DNA of 64,000 bases, from NCBI GenBank assembly GCA_964651965.1, contig CAZYZS010000003.1:36625-100624 (forward strand), in the 5' to 3' direction. Position 1 is the first letter of the stretch. Each line of letters begins with the position of its first letter. This document shows, one piece after another, positions 26,955 to 36,047 of the stretch. The DNA is from Candidatus Woesearchaeota archaeon. GTDB taxonomy: Archaea; Nanobdellota; Nanobdellia; Pacearchaeales; GW2011-AR1. Made by a program: the position numbers and the translations under genes. A model generated the notes under the pieces. It had not been told where the DNA came from. It did no database searches and saw nothing but the letters and a program-made list of their open reading frames with translations.

Positions 26955-27254
26955 ATGAGCGTTCAAGGCTTTATAGATTATACCGGCTTAATGATTGCCC
27001 GGAAAGAAGAGAAAGTAACTGCTTTAAGAGAAAGAAAAAAGAGATTAGAAGAAAAATTGGCGCCATTAGATCTAACCAATTCATCAACAGCAGAAAGAGC
27101 CACAAGACTTTTTGAAAGACATAAGCAATTGATGAGAACTAACCAAGAATATAGAGAGCTATTCAATCAAATTTCAACAACACAGAATGATATAGAACAC
27201 CTTTATGAACAACAAAGCGCAACAAAACCATGGTATGTACTATCTGCTGCCTAA
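26955..27254 (+). CDS. Hypothetical coiled-coil protein
   Basis: 99 aa with heptad-like charged sequence; no motif. Confidence 0.4.
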   Translation: MSVQGFIDYTGLMIARKEEKVTALRERKKRLEEKLAPLDLTNSSTAERATRLFERHKQLMRTNQEYRELFNQISTTQNDIEHLYEQQSATKPWYVLSAA

Positions 27255-29668
27255 AACTCCACTTTAAACTTTCCTTCTTTAATATCTTTAATATTCATAA
27301 CATCTTTCAAATCTTCAAGAAGCCCATCTAATTTCTTCATGTGTTCTTTTTCTAGCTTTAATACTATCTCGCAGTTCATTGCTTTCTGCATTTTTGTTTT
27401 TTCCTGTCTTATTTTTGCAAGAATATCTGTGAACAATCCCCATTCATCCAGTTCTTTTTTATCTCCCTCCTTAACTTTTTTTCCTTCCACTTTTTTCGTC
27501 TTTTTTTCTTTTTTTTCGGTTTCTATTTTTTCAGTTTTTGGCCATTGACTTATGTGTATGCTTTTTTCTTTTTCTGTTTGCCTATAATGCTCCTGATAAA
27601 TTTCCTCTGTTATAAATGGCATTATTGGAGCGATAATTTTTAGCAAAGCAAGGAGAGAATGGTATAAAATATATTGCGCAGACTCTTTTCCTTTTTTATT
27701 ATTATATATTCTTTTCTTAACTATCTCCAAATAATTATCGCAAAATTCATGCCAGAAAAATTTCTCAACTTCAGTTTTTGCCCTTGAATATTCGTATTCT
27801 TCAAATGCAGATGTAGCAGTTTTTATCAAGCCATTCAATTCTTCTAAAAATAAAGAATCAATTTTTTCAATCTGTGCTGGCTTTTTGTTTTTGTAGTCGG
27901 CAAGGTTCATAAAAACAAAATTGCTTGCATTGAACAATTTTGTTATGAACTTCTTTCCAGTAAGTATGTCTTTTTCCTGATAATCTAAATCCTCTCCTAA
28001 CTTGCTTCCAGCTGCCCAGAATCTTAAAGCATCTGCCCCGTGCTGCTCTGTCACAGCCTGCGGCTCAACAACATTGCCTTTGCTTTTGCTCATTTTCTGC
28101 CCTTCAAGTGTTACAAATCCAGAAATCATTACATTTTTCCAGGGATTTTTTCCATAATGTATGTTGCTTTTGACAACTGTGTTGAAAAGCCAGAAGGTTA
28201 TAATATCATGAGCTTGTGGCCTTAAATCCATAAACTTGACTTTTTCTTCAATTTCAGGTCTAAGTTTTGCAGCGATTGTAGGCGTCAAGGAAGAAGTGAA
28301 CCAAGTATTAAAAATATCTGTTTCTCCAACTAATTTTCCTCCGCATTCACATTTTTCTCTAGGAGGAGAATCTTTCAAAGGATCAACCGGCAATTTATTT
28401 TCATCTGCCAAATAAACTTTATCGCATTTCTCGCAATACCAGACAGGAAAAGGGACACCATAATATCTCTGATTACTTATCAACCAGTCCCATTGCAATC
28501 CTTTTACCCAATTATCATATCTCGATTTCATGAATTTAGGATGCCATTTTAATTTAGCTCCCCACTTCAACATGTCTTTTCTCAAATCTAAATATCTAAC
28601 AAACCACTGTTTTGTTTTTATAAATTCAATTTCAGTATCGCATCTCTCATGAACATTTACAAAGTGCTTTATGCTTTTCTGATTTTTCAATAGCCCAACA
28701 GACCTCATATCTTCTATCATCTGCTTTCTTGCCTCTTTCATTGTCATACCTTTATATTTTCCAGCCAAATGGCTCATTTTTCCATCCTTAGTTATTGCCT
28801 CTTTTATTGGAAGCTTATGAGCCTTCTGCCATTCCATATCGGTCTGGTCGCCAAATGTACAGCACATTACAATTCCAGTTCCTTTTTCAGGGTCAGCCCT
28901 CTTGTCTTCTAAAATAGGAACTTCAAAATCAAAAAGCGGAACTTTTGCTTTTTTCCCCACCAACTCTTTGTATCTTTTGTCATCGGGATACACAAAAACA
29001 GCAACACACGCAGGCAGTAATTCAGGCCTAGTAGTTGCAATTATAATCTCTCTTTCTCCATTTTTCTCTTTAACCTTAAAGACAATATCGTTAAACATGC
29101 TGTCCAGCTCTTTGTCTTTTATTTCAATCTGAGAAACTCCGGTCCTGCACTCTGGGCACCACATTGCAGGCGCGTCTCTTCTTTCCATTCTTCCTTTTTT
29201 ATGCAAATCAAGGAAGCTCCATTGCGCAATTCTCCTGCAATGTTCATTAATAGTAGAATAAAATAATGTCCAATCACAACTCATCCCCACCCGTTTCCAG
29301 TCCTCTAAATATTTAGGACGAAGTTCTTTATCCAGAGTTTCCAAGACCAGCTTGATAAACTGCTCTCTCCCTAAACTGAATGCCTTGACTTTTTTCTCTT
29401 TCTCAATCAGTCTCTCTGTAGGCAAGCCATTGTCATCTGTTCCAAAAGGATAAAAAATAGAAAACCCATTCATCCTTTTAAACCGAGCAATAAAATCCAT
29501 CTGAGAATATTGAAAAGCATGCCCTATATGCATCTTCCCAGAAACAGTGGGCGGGGGGGTATCAATTGAAAAAATCTTCTTGGCATTGGAATCAAATTTA
29601 TAGATTCCTTCCTTGTCCCAAAATTCAATCAGCTTTTTTTCTGTTTCCTGTATGTTGTATTGTGCCAT
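27251..29668 (-). CDS. valS: Valyl-tRNA synthetase
   Basis: PPPTVSGKMHIGHAF (HIGH), KMSKSKGN (KMSKS), an editing-domain insertion and a C-terminal K/E-rich coiled coil. Confidence 0.85.
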   Translation of the reverse strand: MAQYNIQETEKKLIEFWDKEGIYKFDSNAKKIFSIDTPPPTVSGKMHIGHAFQYSQMDFIARFKRMNGFSIFYPFGTDDNGLPTERLIEKEKKVKAFSLGREQFIKLVLETLDKELRPKYLEDWKRVGMSCDWTLFYSTINEHCRRIAQWSFLDLHKKGRMERRDAPAMWCPECRTGVSQIEIKDKELDSMFNDIVFKVKEKNGEREIIIATTRPELLPACVAVFVYPDDKRYKELVGKKAKVPLFDFEVPILEDKRADPEKGTGIVMCCTFGDQTDMEWQKAHKLPIKEAITKDGKMSHLAGKYKGMTMKEARKQMIEDMRSVGLLKNQKSIKHFVNVHERCDTEIEFIKTKQWFVRYLDLRKDMLKWGAKLKWHPKFMKSRYDNWVKGLQWDWLISNQRYYGVPFPVWYCEKCDKVYLADENKLPVDPLKDSPPREKCECGGKLVGETDIFNTWFTSSLTPTIAAKLRPEIEEKVKFMDLRPQAHDIITFWLFNTVVKSNIHYGKNPWKNVMISGFVTLEGQKMSKSKGNVVEPQAVTEQHGADALRFWAAGSKLGEDLDYQEKDILTGKKFITKLFNASNFVFMNLADYKNKKPAQIEKIDSLFLEELNGLIKTATSAFEEYEYSRAKTEVEKFFWHEFCDNYLEIVKKRIYNNKKGKESAQYILYHSLLALLKIIAPIMPFITEEIYQEHYRQTEKEKSIHISQWPKTEKIETEKKEKKTKKVEGKKVKEGDKKELDEWGLFTDILAKIRQEKTKMQKAMNCEIVLKLEKEHMKKLDGLLEDLKDVMNIKDIKEGKFKVEF

Positions 29669-29702
29669 TCTAATTTTCCTACGATATCATGTGTTTTAAA
29701 TT

Positions 29703-30416
29703 TTATCTTTTAGCTATTTTCCATAATGCCTCAAAATATGATTTGTAAGAGTCTGCAACTTCTTTATCTTCAACTAATGTAACATTATAGGGTTCTGTCC
29801 AGATGAAAATAGCAACCTTATTACCATAAACAACTGTTGTTGCTGGAGAGAAAAACTTATCCTCTAGGTACTTTATTTGGGTACTCTTTGTAGTCACAAT
29901 TTTATTCTTCATTTGTTCTTTCGAAAGTAATTTTTCCCTTATGCCAAAATGTCTTACATCCCTTAAAAACTGCTGGATATAAATTGGAAATATCTCTTCA
30001 AATTGACCTTCTTCCCCAAACACAACGTAATCTTTTTTTGTTCGTATTATGTCTTGTAAAACTGCTTTTAATCCGCTTTTTCCCTGAAATAACTGAACTT
30101 TAGTATGCGGTCTTTCAGCTTCTTTAAGATTCTCAAGCTCTGGAAGTATCTCCTTTACCTCTTTTTCCATATTTTTTATATAATCTAAAACAGTCTCAGG
30201 AGAAGAAGGATTAAAATATAAAATGTTATTTGCTTCATATGTTGAAACTAATCCCTTATCTATCAATTTCTTTAGAGAATCATAAATATGGCTTCTATTC
30301 AGTCCTGTTTTTTCAGATATTCTTGTTGCATTGCTTGAACCTATTTTAAGGAGTATTAAGTATACGTCTATTTCTGCTTTGGCTAATCCAAGCTTCTCGA
30401 AAATTTTAGTATCCAT
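29703..30416 (-). CDS. TrmB-family transcriptional regulator
   Basis: LGLAKAEIDVYLILLKIGSSNATRISEKTGLNRSHIYDSLKKLIDKGLVS. Confidence 0.8.
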   Translation of the reverse strand: MDTKIFEKLGLAKAEIDVYLILLKIGSSNATRISEKTGLNRSHIYDSLKKLIDKGLVSTYEANNILYFNPSSPETVLDYIKNMEKEVKEILPELENLKEAERPHTKVQLFQGKSGLKAVLQDIIRTKKDYVVFGEEGQFEEIFPIYIQQFLRDVRHFGIREKLLSKEQMKNKIVTTKSTQIKYLEDKFFSPATTVVYGNKVAIFIWTEPYNVTLVEDKEVADSYKSYFEALWKIAKR

Positions 30417-30515
30417 AAAAACAAGAGCCCCCTAGACTATATAAAATTATCGTTCCTTATGGAACAACAAATATTTTTATAATAATCCCGCTATGCGTTA
30501 TAAAGGTGAAATAAA

Positions 30516-30674
30516 GTGTCAAATAAATTAGAAAGAATTACTTTAAGAGAAGAAGTTCCTGAATTGAAAAGGGAGCGGGGAGAAGACGTAGTTAAATATC
30601 TAGAAAGGATGACTACTTACATGAATCGCACAATTGTAGGATTAGACGGGAAATACGAAGAAACTCTAAGATAA
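30516..30674 (+). CDS. Small ORF (52 aa, GTG start) upstream of radical SAM gene
   Basis: Not in the ORF track (<60 aa). GGTGA (30505-30509) lies 6 nt before the GTG. Translation: (M)SNKLERITLREEVPELKRERGEDVVKYLERMTTYMNRTIVGLDGKYEETLR. It stops 13 nt before the rSAM ATG. Confidence 0.35.
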   Translation: MSNKLERITLREEVPELKRERGEDVVKYLERMTTYMNRTIVGLDGKYEETLR

Positions 30675-30687
30675 TTCTATAAAACCT

Positions 30688-31956
30688 ATGAAAGTACAGT
30701 TAGTGAATGTAATTAATAGAGCAGAGACTCTTGCTCAGGATAGATGGCTGGTTCCGTTAAATCTGTTATCTTTAAGCACTTATCTCGAACAAGCAGGTTA
30801 CGAAGCAGAGATATTAGATGGAACTCATATTTCTCATGAAGATATGTTAGGAAAGATTGACGGAGAAATAGTAGGAATAAATTTTAACATCTTTTCTGTA
30901 AAAGAAATGGAAAAAGTAGCTGGAAAAGCTAAGGGTAATGGAGCCCTAGTAGTTCTCGGCGGTCATGCTGCAACACACTTATCAAGACAGCTTCTAACAA
31001 AAAATAAAAATATTGATTTGGTTGTAAGATATGATGGAGAAGAAGCACTAAGGCAGATTGCCGAGAGAGTATCCACAAAAAGAAGGGATTTTTCCAGGAT
31101 TCCTAATGTTTCTTATAGAAGTAAAGACCAGATAGTTGAAGAACCAGTTCAATTATTAGACCTCACATCATTACCAATTCCAAATAGGAGATCTAGAGGA
31201 ATAAATCTAGAGGATTATATAAGTAATTTTAGCAAAATTCCTCTTATTGGCGAGTTTGCAAAAGGGAGAAGACCTTCCAATGTACAGAGTATTCGAGGAT
31301 GCAACCATGCTTGTTCTTTTTGTGGAAGAATCTACAAAGGCGGAAGAATGAGGCATCCAGAGCAAGTATATGAAGAAGATAAAATGCTTGTAGAAACTTC
31401 CGGGGTAAACTATATTTATGAAACTGCAGATAGCTTTTTTATGAATAAGCCTTGGCTAAAGGAGGTCGTAGAAGTGTACAGAAAAAGAGGCAGGCTCCCT
31501 GTAAACTACTGGGCATTATGTCACATACAAGATATCGACTGGGAAACAATAGAAGCCATGAAATTCTTCAATGTAGACATGGTGAATGTAGGCATTGAAT
31601 CTGGAAATGAGGAAGTAAGAAGGGAGAACGGAAAATGCTTCAGTGATGATGAAATATTCAGGGCAACTAGTCTATTGGGCCAAGCAGGAATTAAACTGCA
31701 AGATAATTATCTTCTTGGATTAATTGGAGAATCACAAGAAACTATACAAGATACCTATAGATTAGCAAAAAAAGTTGCTGAAACCTGTCAAGTGGCAAGC
31801 ATAAGAGGGTTTCATTTAATCCTGCCCACTCCTGGCTCTCCAATCTGGGCAAAAATGATGCAAATTCCAGAGTTCAGGGCAAAATATAGAGAAGATTACA
31901 AATTTGATATAGAAGAACTAAGAAGAGACTACCTAACTCACTTTTGTAACTTGTAA
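30688..31956 (+). CDS. B12-binding-domain (class B) radical SAM enzyme
   Basis: N-terminal Rossmann-like B12-binding-type region (LNLLSLSTYLEQAGYEAEILD...VVLGGHAAT), then the CxxxCxxC box IRGCNHACSFCG. Confidence 0.75.
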   Translation: MKVQLVNVINRAETLAQDRWLVPLNLLSLSTYLEQAGYEAEILDGTHISHEDMLGKIDGEIVGINFNIFSVKEMEKVAGKAKGNGALVVLGGHAATHLSRQLLTKNKNIDLVVRYDGEEALRQIAERVSTKRRDFSRIPNVSYRSKDQIVEEPVQLLDLTSLPIPNRRSRGINLEDYISNFSKIPLIGEFAKGRRPSNVQSIRGCNHACSFCGRIYKGGRMRHPEQVYEEDKMLVETSGVNYIYETADSFFMNKPWLKEVVEVYRKRGRLPVNYWALCHIQDIDWETIEAMKFFNVDMVNVGIESGNEEVRRENGKCFSDDEIFRATSLLGQAGIKLQDNYLLGLIGESQETIQDTYRLAKKVAETCQVASIRGFHLILPTPGSPIWAKMMQIPEFRAKYREDYKFDIEELRRDYLTHFCNL

Positions 31957-31997
31957 TAAATTTATTCAAAACCAAAAGTACTAGACAAAGCAATAAA

Positions 31998-32135
31998 ATG
32001 ACAAACCGATTCACCCTAACAAAGAAAATTGCCAAGCATGGCAATCAAGCAATAATTTGTATCCCAGAGATTCTAAAAGATAAGCTAAAACCAGGCACTC
32101 TTGCAGAAATTAAAATAGAAATAATTGAAAACTAA
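31998..32135 (+). CDS. SpoVT/AbrB-like small protein (45 aa)
   Basis: Not in the ORF track. MTNRFTLTKKIAKHGNQAIICIPEILKDKLKPGTLAEIKIEIIEN fits the AbrB swapped-hairpin motif (G..ItIP.eir..l.l.pG..v.i). Confidence 0.5.
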   Translation: MTNRFTLTKKIAKHGNQAIICIPEILKDKLKPGTLAEIKIEIIEN

Positions 32136-32143
32136 TCCCCTTT

Positions 32144-32593
32144 CTATCTTCTTAAAAAATCAGGGTCTCTTAGTAAAATCCCCATTAAAATTTGCGCGCA
32201 AAAACCCTTGGGCCTTGAGCCTAATTTTTCAGCAGGGTCATAAAATCCAGCTTCTGAATAATCTGCTTGATTTGCTCTTATTTCTCCCTCAACAATCTGC
32301 CCTAAAAAATCAGTCAGAGTCAAATAATAATCTGCTTGTCTTCCATCCATTACTCCAACAACCTCTTCTAACTTAACCCTCACGCCAAGTCTCTTTAGAA
32401 TTTCCGAGGTTAATTGCCACCTCATTTCTTCTTCTAAAGGAGGTTCAAAAACCCTATCTCCTTGCGGATTTCTAATGTAAGCTGAAGGAAGAGACCACGC
32501 ATTTGGATAAGGGTGCTTTGTTGGTGCTCTTCTGGCTATTAAAACTTCGCCTTTTCCATTATAAATTACTGCAGCAGCATATCTGTTTTCCAT
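32144..32593 (-). CDS. NUDIX-fold protein with degenerate Nudix box (G+C-richer)
   Basis: AAAVIYNGKGEVLIARRA...WSLPSAY...LEEEMRWQLTSEILKRLGV has the NUDIX layout, but the REx2EExG box is not canonical. Confidence 0.45.
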   Translation of the reverse strand: MENRYAAAVIYNGKGEVLIARRAPTKHPYPNAWSLPSAYIRNPQGDRVFEPPLEEEMRWQLTSEILKRLGVRVKLEEVVGVMDGRQADYYLTLTDFLGQIVEGEIRANQADYSEAGFYDPAEKLGSRPKGFCAQILMGILLRDPDFLRR

Positions 32594-32640
32594 AAAATGC
32601 GACTTTTCTATAGTTTATAAATTTAATCCAAACCAAAAGG

Positions 32641-32648
32641 TTTAAATA
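32641..32648 (+). promoter_or_regulatory. Putative TATA box for sec61-beta
   Basis: TTTAAATA 22 nt before ATG 32670. Confidence 0.4.
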
Positions 32649-32669
32649 AAAACCTTTCACATTTATTTT

Positions 32670-32840
32670 ATGGCTAAAAACAATATAAACCTCCCTGGAG
32701 GCTATGGCGGTTTAGTAAGGTACGGAGAAGAATACGAATCCAAACTGATGCTAAAACCAGAACATGTAATTATAATGATTGCTATAGTGATAATTTTTGT
32801 AATAATCCTAAAGCTATTCTGGAACATTTCTGCAGCTTAA
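32670..32840 (+). CDS. Preprotein translocase subunit Sec61-beta (archaeal SecG)
   Basis: Not in the ORF track (56 aa). MAKNNINLPGGYGGLVRYGEEYESKLMLKPEHVIIMIAIVIIFVIILKLF matches the GL.RY....l.l.PehV motif plus a C-terminal TM anchor. Confidence 0.8.
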   Translation: MAKNNINLPGGYGGLVRYGEEYESKLMLKPEHVIIMIAIVIIFVIILKLFWNISAA

Positions 32841-32878
32841 ATGCGCATCTTTAAATATTAAATACGACTCTTATTTCT

Positions 32879-33742
32879 ATGAAAAAGTTGGTGATAGGTT
32901 ATCTCTGGAGCGGGAACAAGCCAGGAAAAGATGAGAAAATATTTCTTAAGTTAGCAAAAGAAAAAGGCATTAAGCTGATTATGATAAACACTATTAAAGA
33001 TATTGACGAGAACGCGCTTGAAAAAAAATTAAAAGGTTGCAAGCTAGTTTTCAACAATACTGCAGAAGATTGTGCATTAGAGTATGTGAAAACTCTAGAA
33101 GAATGGGGCAAGAAAGTGATAGATTCTTCAGAATCCTATTACTACACAGAAGACAAATGGCTGTTTTTCCTAAAGTGCAGGGAAAACCGAATTCCAACCC
33201 CTGACACTATCCTTTTATGCGAAAATATCAACTTTGCGAAAAAAGAGTTGAAAAAATTCAACAGATGGCCAGTAATTCTAAAGAGGGTTGAAGGCACCTG
33301 TGGCGAATTTGTCAAAATGGCACAAAATATGAAAGAAGCAGACAGGGCACTCAAAAAACTATGGAAAAAAAGCGTAGAAAAACAGCCGTTAATTGCCCAG
33401 GAGTTTATAGACTCCCCGAGCTATAGAGTAACATTGATAGGCAGGAAAATAGTACAGACAGCTTTAAAACAAAACAAGTCAGGCTGGAAAGCAACAGGAA
33501 TATATGCAAAAAAATTTGATAAGTTCAAAGTTAATCATAAGCTAAAAAAGCTAGTAAAAAAAATAAGAAAGGTCTCAAAAATAAAAGTCTGTGGTATAGA
33601 TTTTGTTAAAAAAGGCAAGAAATGGCTGGTTTTAGAAGTTAATGCCCAGCCGGCCTTTGATTTCTTCGAAGATGAAAGAGAAAAGCTGATTTGTCTAACT
33701 TTAAAGCTCCTGATAAAAGAAGCAAAAAAGATTAGGAGATAA
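32879..33742 (+). CDS. ATP-grasp ligase, RimK-like
   Basis: WPVILKRVEGTCGEFV, AQEFI and LVLEVNAQPAF motifs typical of the RimK/LysX ATP-grasp fold. Confidence 0.65.
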   Translation: MKKLVIGYLWSGNKPGKDEKIFLKLAKEKGIKLIMINTIKDIDENALEKKLKGCKLVFNNTAEDCALEYVKTLEEWGKKVIDSSESYYYTEDKWLFFLKCRENRIPTPDTILLCENINFAKKELKKFNRWPVILKRVEGTCGEFVKMAQNMKEADRALKKLWKKSVEKQPLIAQEFIDSPSYRVTLIGRKIVQTALKQNKSGWKATGIYAKKFDKFKVNHKLKKLVKKIRKVSKIKVCGIDFVKKGKKWLVLEVNAQPAFDFFEDEREKLICLTLKLLIKEAKKIRR

Positions 33743-33754
33743 TTTAAGTTAAAC

Positions 33755-33762
33755 TTTATAAA
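33755..33762 (+). promoter_or_regulatory. Putative TATA box for nac
   Basis: TTTATAAA 22 nt before ATG 33784. Confidence 0.4.
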
Positions 33763-33783
33763 TGCCAGTTTCTTCAACATAAA

Positions 33784-34131
33784 ATGATTCCAGGACTAGA
33801 CCCAAAAAAAATGCAGGCAATGATGAAGCAGCTTGGCATAAAACAGGAAGAAATAGACGCAACAAGAGTGATTATAGAAAAAGAAGATGGAAAAATAATA
33901 ATCAATAATCCTTCTGTGTTAAAAGTTAATATGCAGGGGCAGGAAACTTTCCAGATTTCAGGAGATATCAGTGAAGAAGAAAATACAGCAGGAGGAGAAG
34001 AAACAGAGAACAACGAAAAAGATATAGAGATGATAATGGAAAAAACCAAAAAAAGCAAAGAAGAAGTTGCTCTTGCTTTAGAAAAAAACGAGGGAGATAT
34101 TGCTTCTACAATAATGGAATTAAGTGAGTAA
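33784..34131 (+). CDS. nac: Nascent polypeptide-associated complex protein (NAC alpha)
   Basis: MIPGLDPKKMQAMMKQLGI start, a NAC beta-barrel segment and a C-terminal UBA-like region (EVALALEKNEGDIASTIMEL). Confidence 0.85.
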   Translation: MIPGLDPKKMQAMMKQLGIKQEEIDATRVIIEKEDGKIIINNPSVLKVNMQGQETFQISGDISEEENTAGGEETENNEKDIEMIMEKTKKSKEEVALALEKNEGDIASTIMELSE

Positions 34132-34133
34132 AA

Positions 34134-34451
34134 TTAAACCTCAAAAGCATTTCCAGTTACACTAACTGGAATATTTCTTGCAGCAAAATAAGAATAAACT
34201 TCTGTGGCAACTTCATTTGCCCTTCGATATTTGTTTCCCGAATGAGTCCTACAATGAAAACCTGCTGAAAATTCAAGACTTTGAGGTCCTCCTTGATCCA
34301 CTGTTAGCTTATAATAAATTCCAGGAGCTACTCCCTTACGCGGGAGCATAATCTCATTTCTAACATTTAATTCAATTTTTTCGATTCTTCCTGGACACCT
34401 TCTATTTCCTTCAAGAATTTCTTTTACTAATTTTAATGCTAATTCCTCCAT
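34134..34451 (-). CDS. Hypothetical protein (orphan, Arg-rich, G+C-richer)
   Basis: 105-aa ORF; no motif. Confidence 0.45.
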   Translation of the reverse strand: MEELALKLVKEILEGNRRCPGRIEKIELNVRNEIMLPRKGVAPGIYYKLTVDQGGPQSLEFSAGFHCRTHSGNKYRRANEVATEVYSYFAARNIPVSVTGNAFEV

Positions 34452-34511
34452 AAAAAATAAATGAAATAAGAGTTAATAAGCATTATTATAATAGAATATA
34501 AAAATAAAAGT

Positions 34512-34820
34512 TTAAGCTGCAACTTCTGTAACTTGTGTACTCAGGCCTTTTTCTCTATAATAAGTCCTTACCCCTCTTGCTATTCTCGAAGCTCCAAAAT
34601 AAGTAAAAAAATAAGCAACTGGCTTAAAAAATCGGGTTTTAATTATTTCCTCACCGCCTTTTAATCTTAAGGAATAAGAAACACCCCATTTTTTAAAGTA
34701 ATGTTCTGGAAAATGCATAACAACCAATTCTACATCACTAGCATCTAAACAATCAAATTCGTATCTCGAATTTATTGAAGAGTCTATGCGATTTATTAAA
34801 TTTCTAGCCCTTCTCTTCAT
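34512..34820 (-). CDS. Hypothetical protein (orphan, Arg-rich)
   Basis: 102-aa ORF, in tandem with the previous gene. Confidence 0.45.
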   Translation of the reverse strand: MKRRARNLINRIDSSINSRYEFDCLDASDVELVVMHFPEHYFKKWGVSYSLRLKGGEEIIKTRFFKPVAYFFTYFGASRIARGVRTYYREKGLSTQVTEVAA

Positions 34821-34924
34821 ACCCGACTTTAACCATCTAAACTTAAAAAGATTGTTGTAATAAAGTATAACCCATAATTTTATTAATTCTAATTGCTTGA
34901 TTTAATTACTAAGGGAAAAGAATC

Positions 34925-35395
34925 ATGGAAAAGTATTTAGAAAACCTGAATAAAGCTGCAGCTATGCTTCAAACAGCAGACCATCTGCTTTATATGACTT
35001 ATCCACTAATAAAAGAAAAAAGGCTGCTTTTAAAAATACTTAATGAAATTTACCTGACAGTTTTAAATACAGTAAATGCCATCCTTCAATACGAATACGT
35101 CTATAAAAGAATAAACTTGTATAAAAATGCCCAAGAAAACATGTCTGTTTTTAAGAACAAGTGTGCACCAAGATTTGGAATAACAGAAGAGCAAGTTAAA
35201 GGCTTACAAACCATTTTCGAACTGGCTGAAAAGCATAAAACCAGCCCTTTTGAGTTTGTAAGGAACAATAAAATTGTAATCATGACCAATGCCCTCCATA
35301 CAGATACTATAACAGTAGAAAAGATGAAAGATTTCATACTTCTTTCTAAAGATGTACTAAGAAAAGCAGAAATAACAATAAAGAATAAGCAGTAA
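34925..35395 (+). CDS. Hypothetical alpha-helical protein, ADHLLY-motif family (paralogue 1)
   Basis: LQTADHLLYMTYPLIKE near the N-terminus; helical composition. Confidence 0.5.
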   Translation: MEKYLENLNKAAAMLQTADHLLYMTYPLIKEKRLLLKILNEIYLTVLNTVNAILQYEYVYKRINLYKNAQENMSVFKNKCAPRFGITEEQVKGLQTIFELAEKHKTSPFEFVRNNKIVIMTNALHTDTITVEKMKDFILLSKDVLRKAEITIKNKQ

Positions 35396-35522
35396 AAATC
35401 CCTATTTTACCCCTTATTAGTAATATTTTTGAATAGAAAGGCCATACAAAAGGTATAAATATATGGGTTGCTTCAATTTCCAATGCCCCGCCTTAGTTTC
35501 GAAAATAGGTGGTGGTACAAAT

Positions 35523-35963
35523 ATGCCATTGGAAAGGATTATGAAAGAAAAGACATCAGCAGATCATCTGCTGTATGTCAGCCTAAAGTATACGAAAACA
35601 TGTGATGTCATGCTTAACCTGTTAGAAAGATGGAAAAGCATGATAGATTTGTGTGTAGATGCACTTCTTGACAAGCTTAAGAAAAAAAGGAGCATAAAAA
35701 ACATTCCTGAAGCTCCAAAAATGAAAATCGTCACCTTAAGAGAATCTTTTAAAAAGGAGCCAATAATCATAGAAGCTCTTGATGTTTACGAGTTCTTTAA
35801 AAAAGTTCCGGAATCGCAAAAGCTGAAAGAAAACGAATTCAGGAAAAACGTTTGTTTAAGAATAATAGATAATAAAGAAACAAAGATCGATATGGACAAG
35901 CTAAAAGAATACTCTGAAATTCTAGAAAGGTTTATAAAATTCGTAAGAGCCTATCTATCTTAA
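35523..35963 (+). CDS. Hypothetical alpha-helical protein, ADHLLY-motif family (paralogue 2)
   Basis: KTSADHLLYVSLKYTK lies at the same relative position. Start taken at MPLERIM (GGTGG 7 nt upstream) rather than 35463. Confidence 0.45.
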   Translation: MPLERIMKEKTSADHLLYVSLKYTKTCDVMLNLLERWKSMIDLCVDALLDKLKKKRSIKNIPEAPKMKIVTLRESFKKEPIIIEALDVYEFFKKVPESQKLKENEFRKNVCLRIIDNKETKIDMDKLKEYSEILERFIKFVRAYLS

Positions 35964-36047
35964 AAACTATTGTGTTTTAAGAGGGTTTTTAAGAGACAGA
36001 AAACAAAACACTTATAAAAAGAGATGTTTTCTGTATCATAAGAAAAA

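Noticed and set aside
30688-33742. Treating the radical SAM enzyme and the ATP-grasp ligase as one RiPP-type cluster
   Set aside because: They are separated by an opposite-strand NUDIX-fold gene and the housekeeping Sec61-beta gene with its own promoter, so an operonic link is unlikely.
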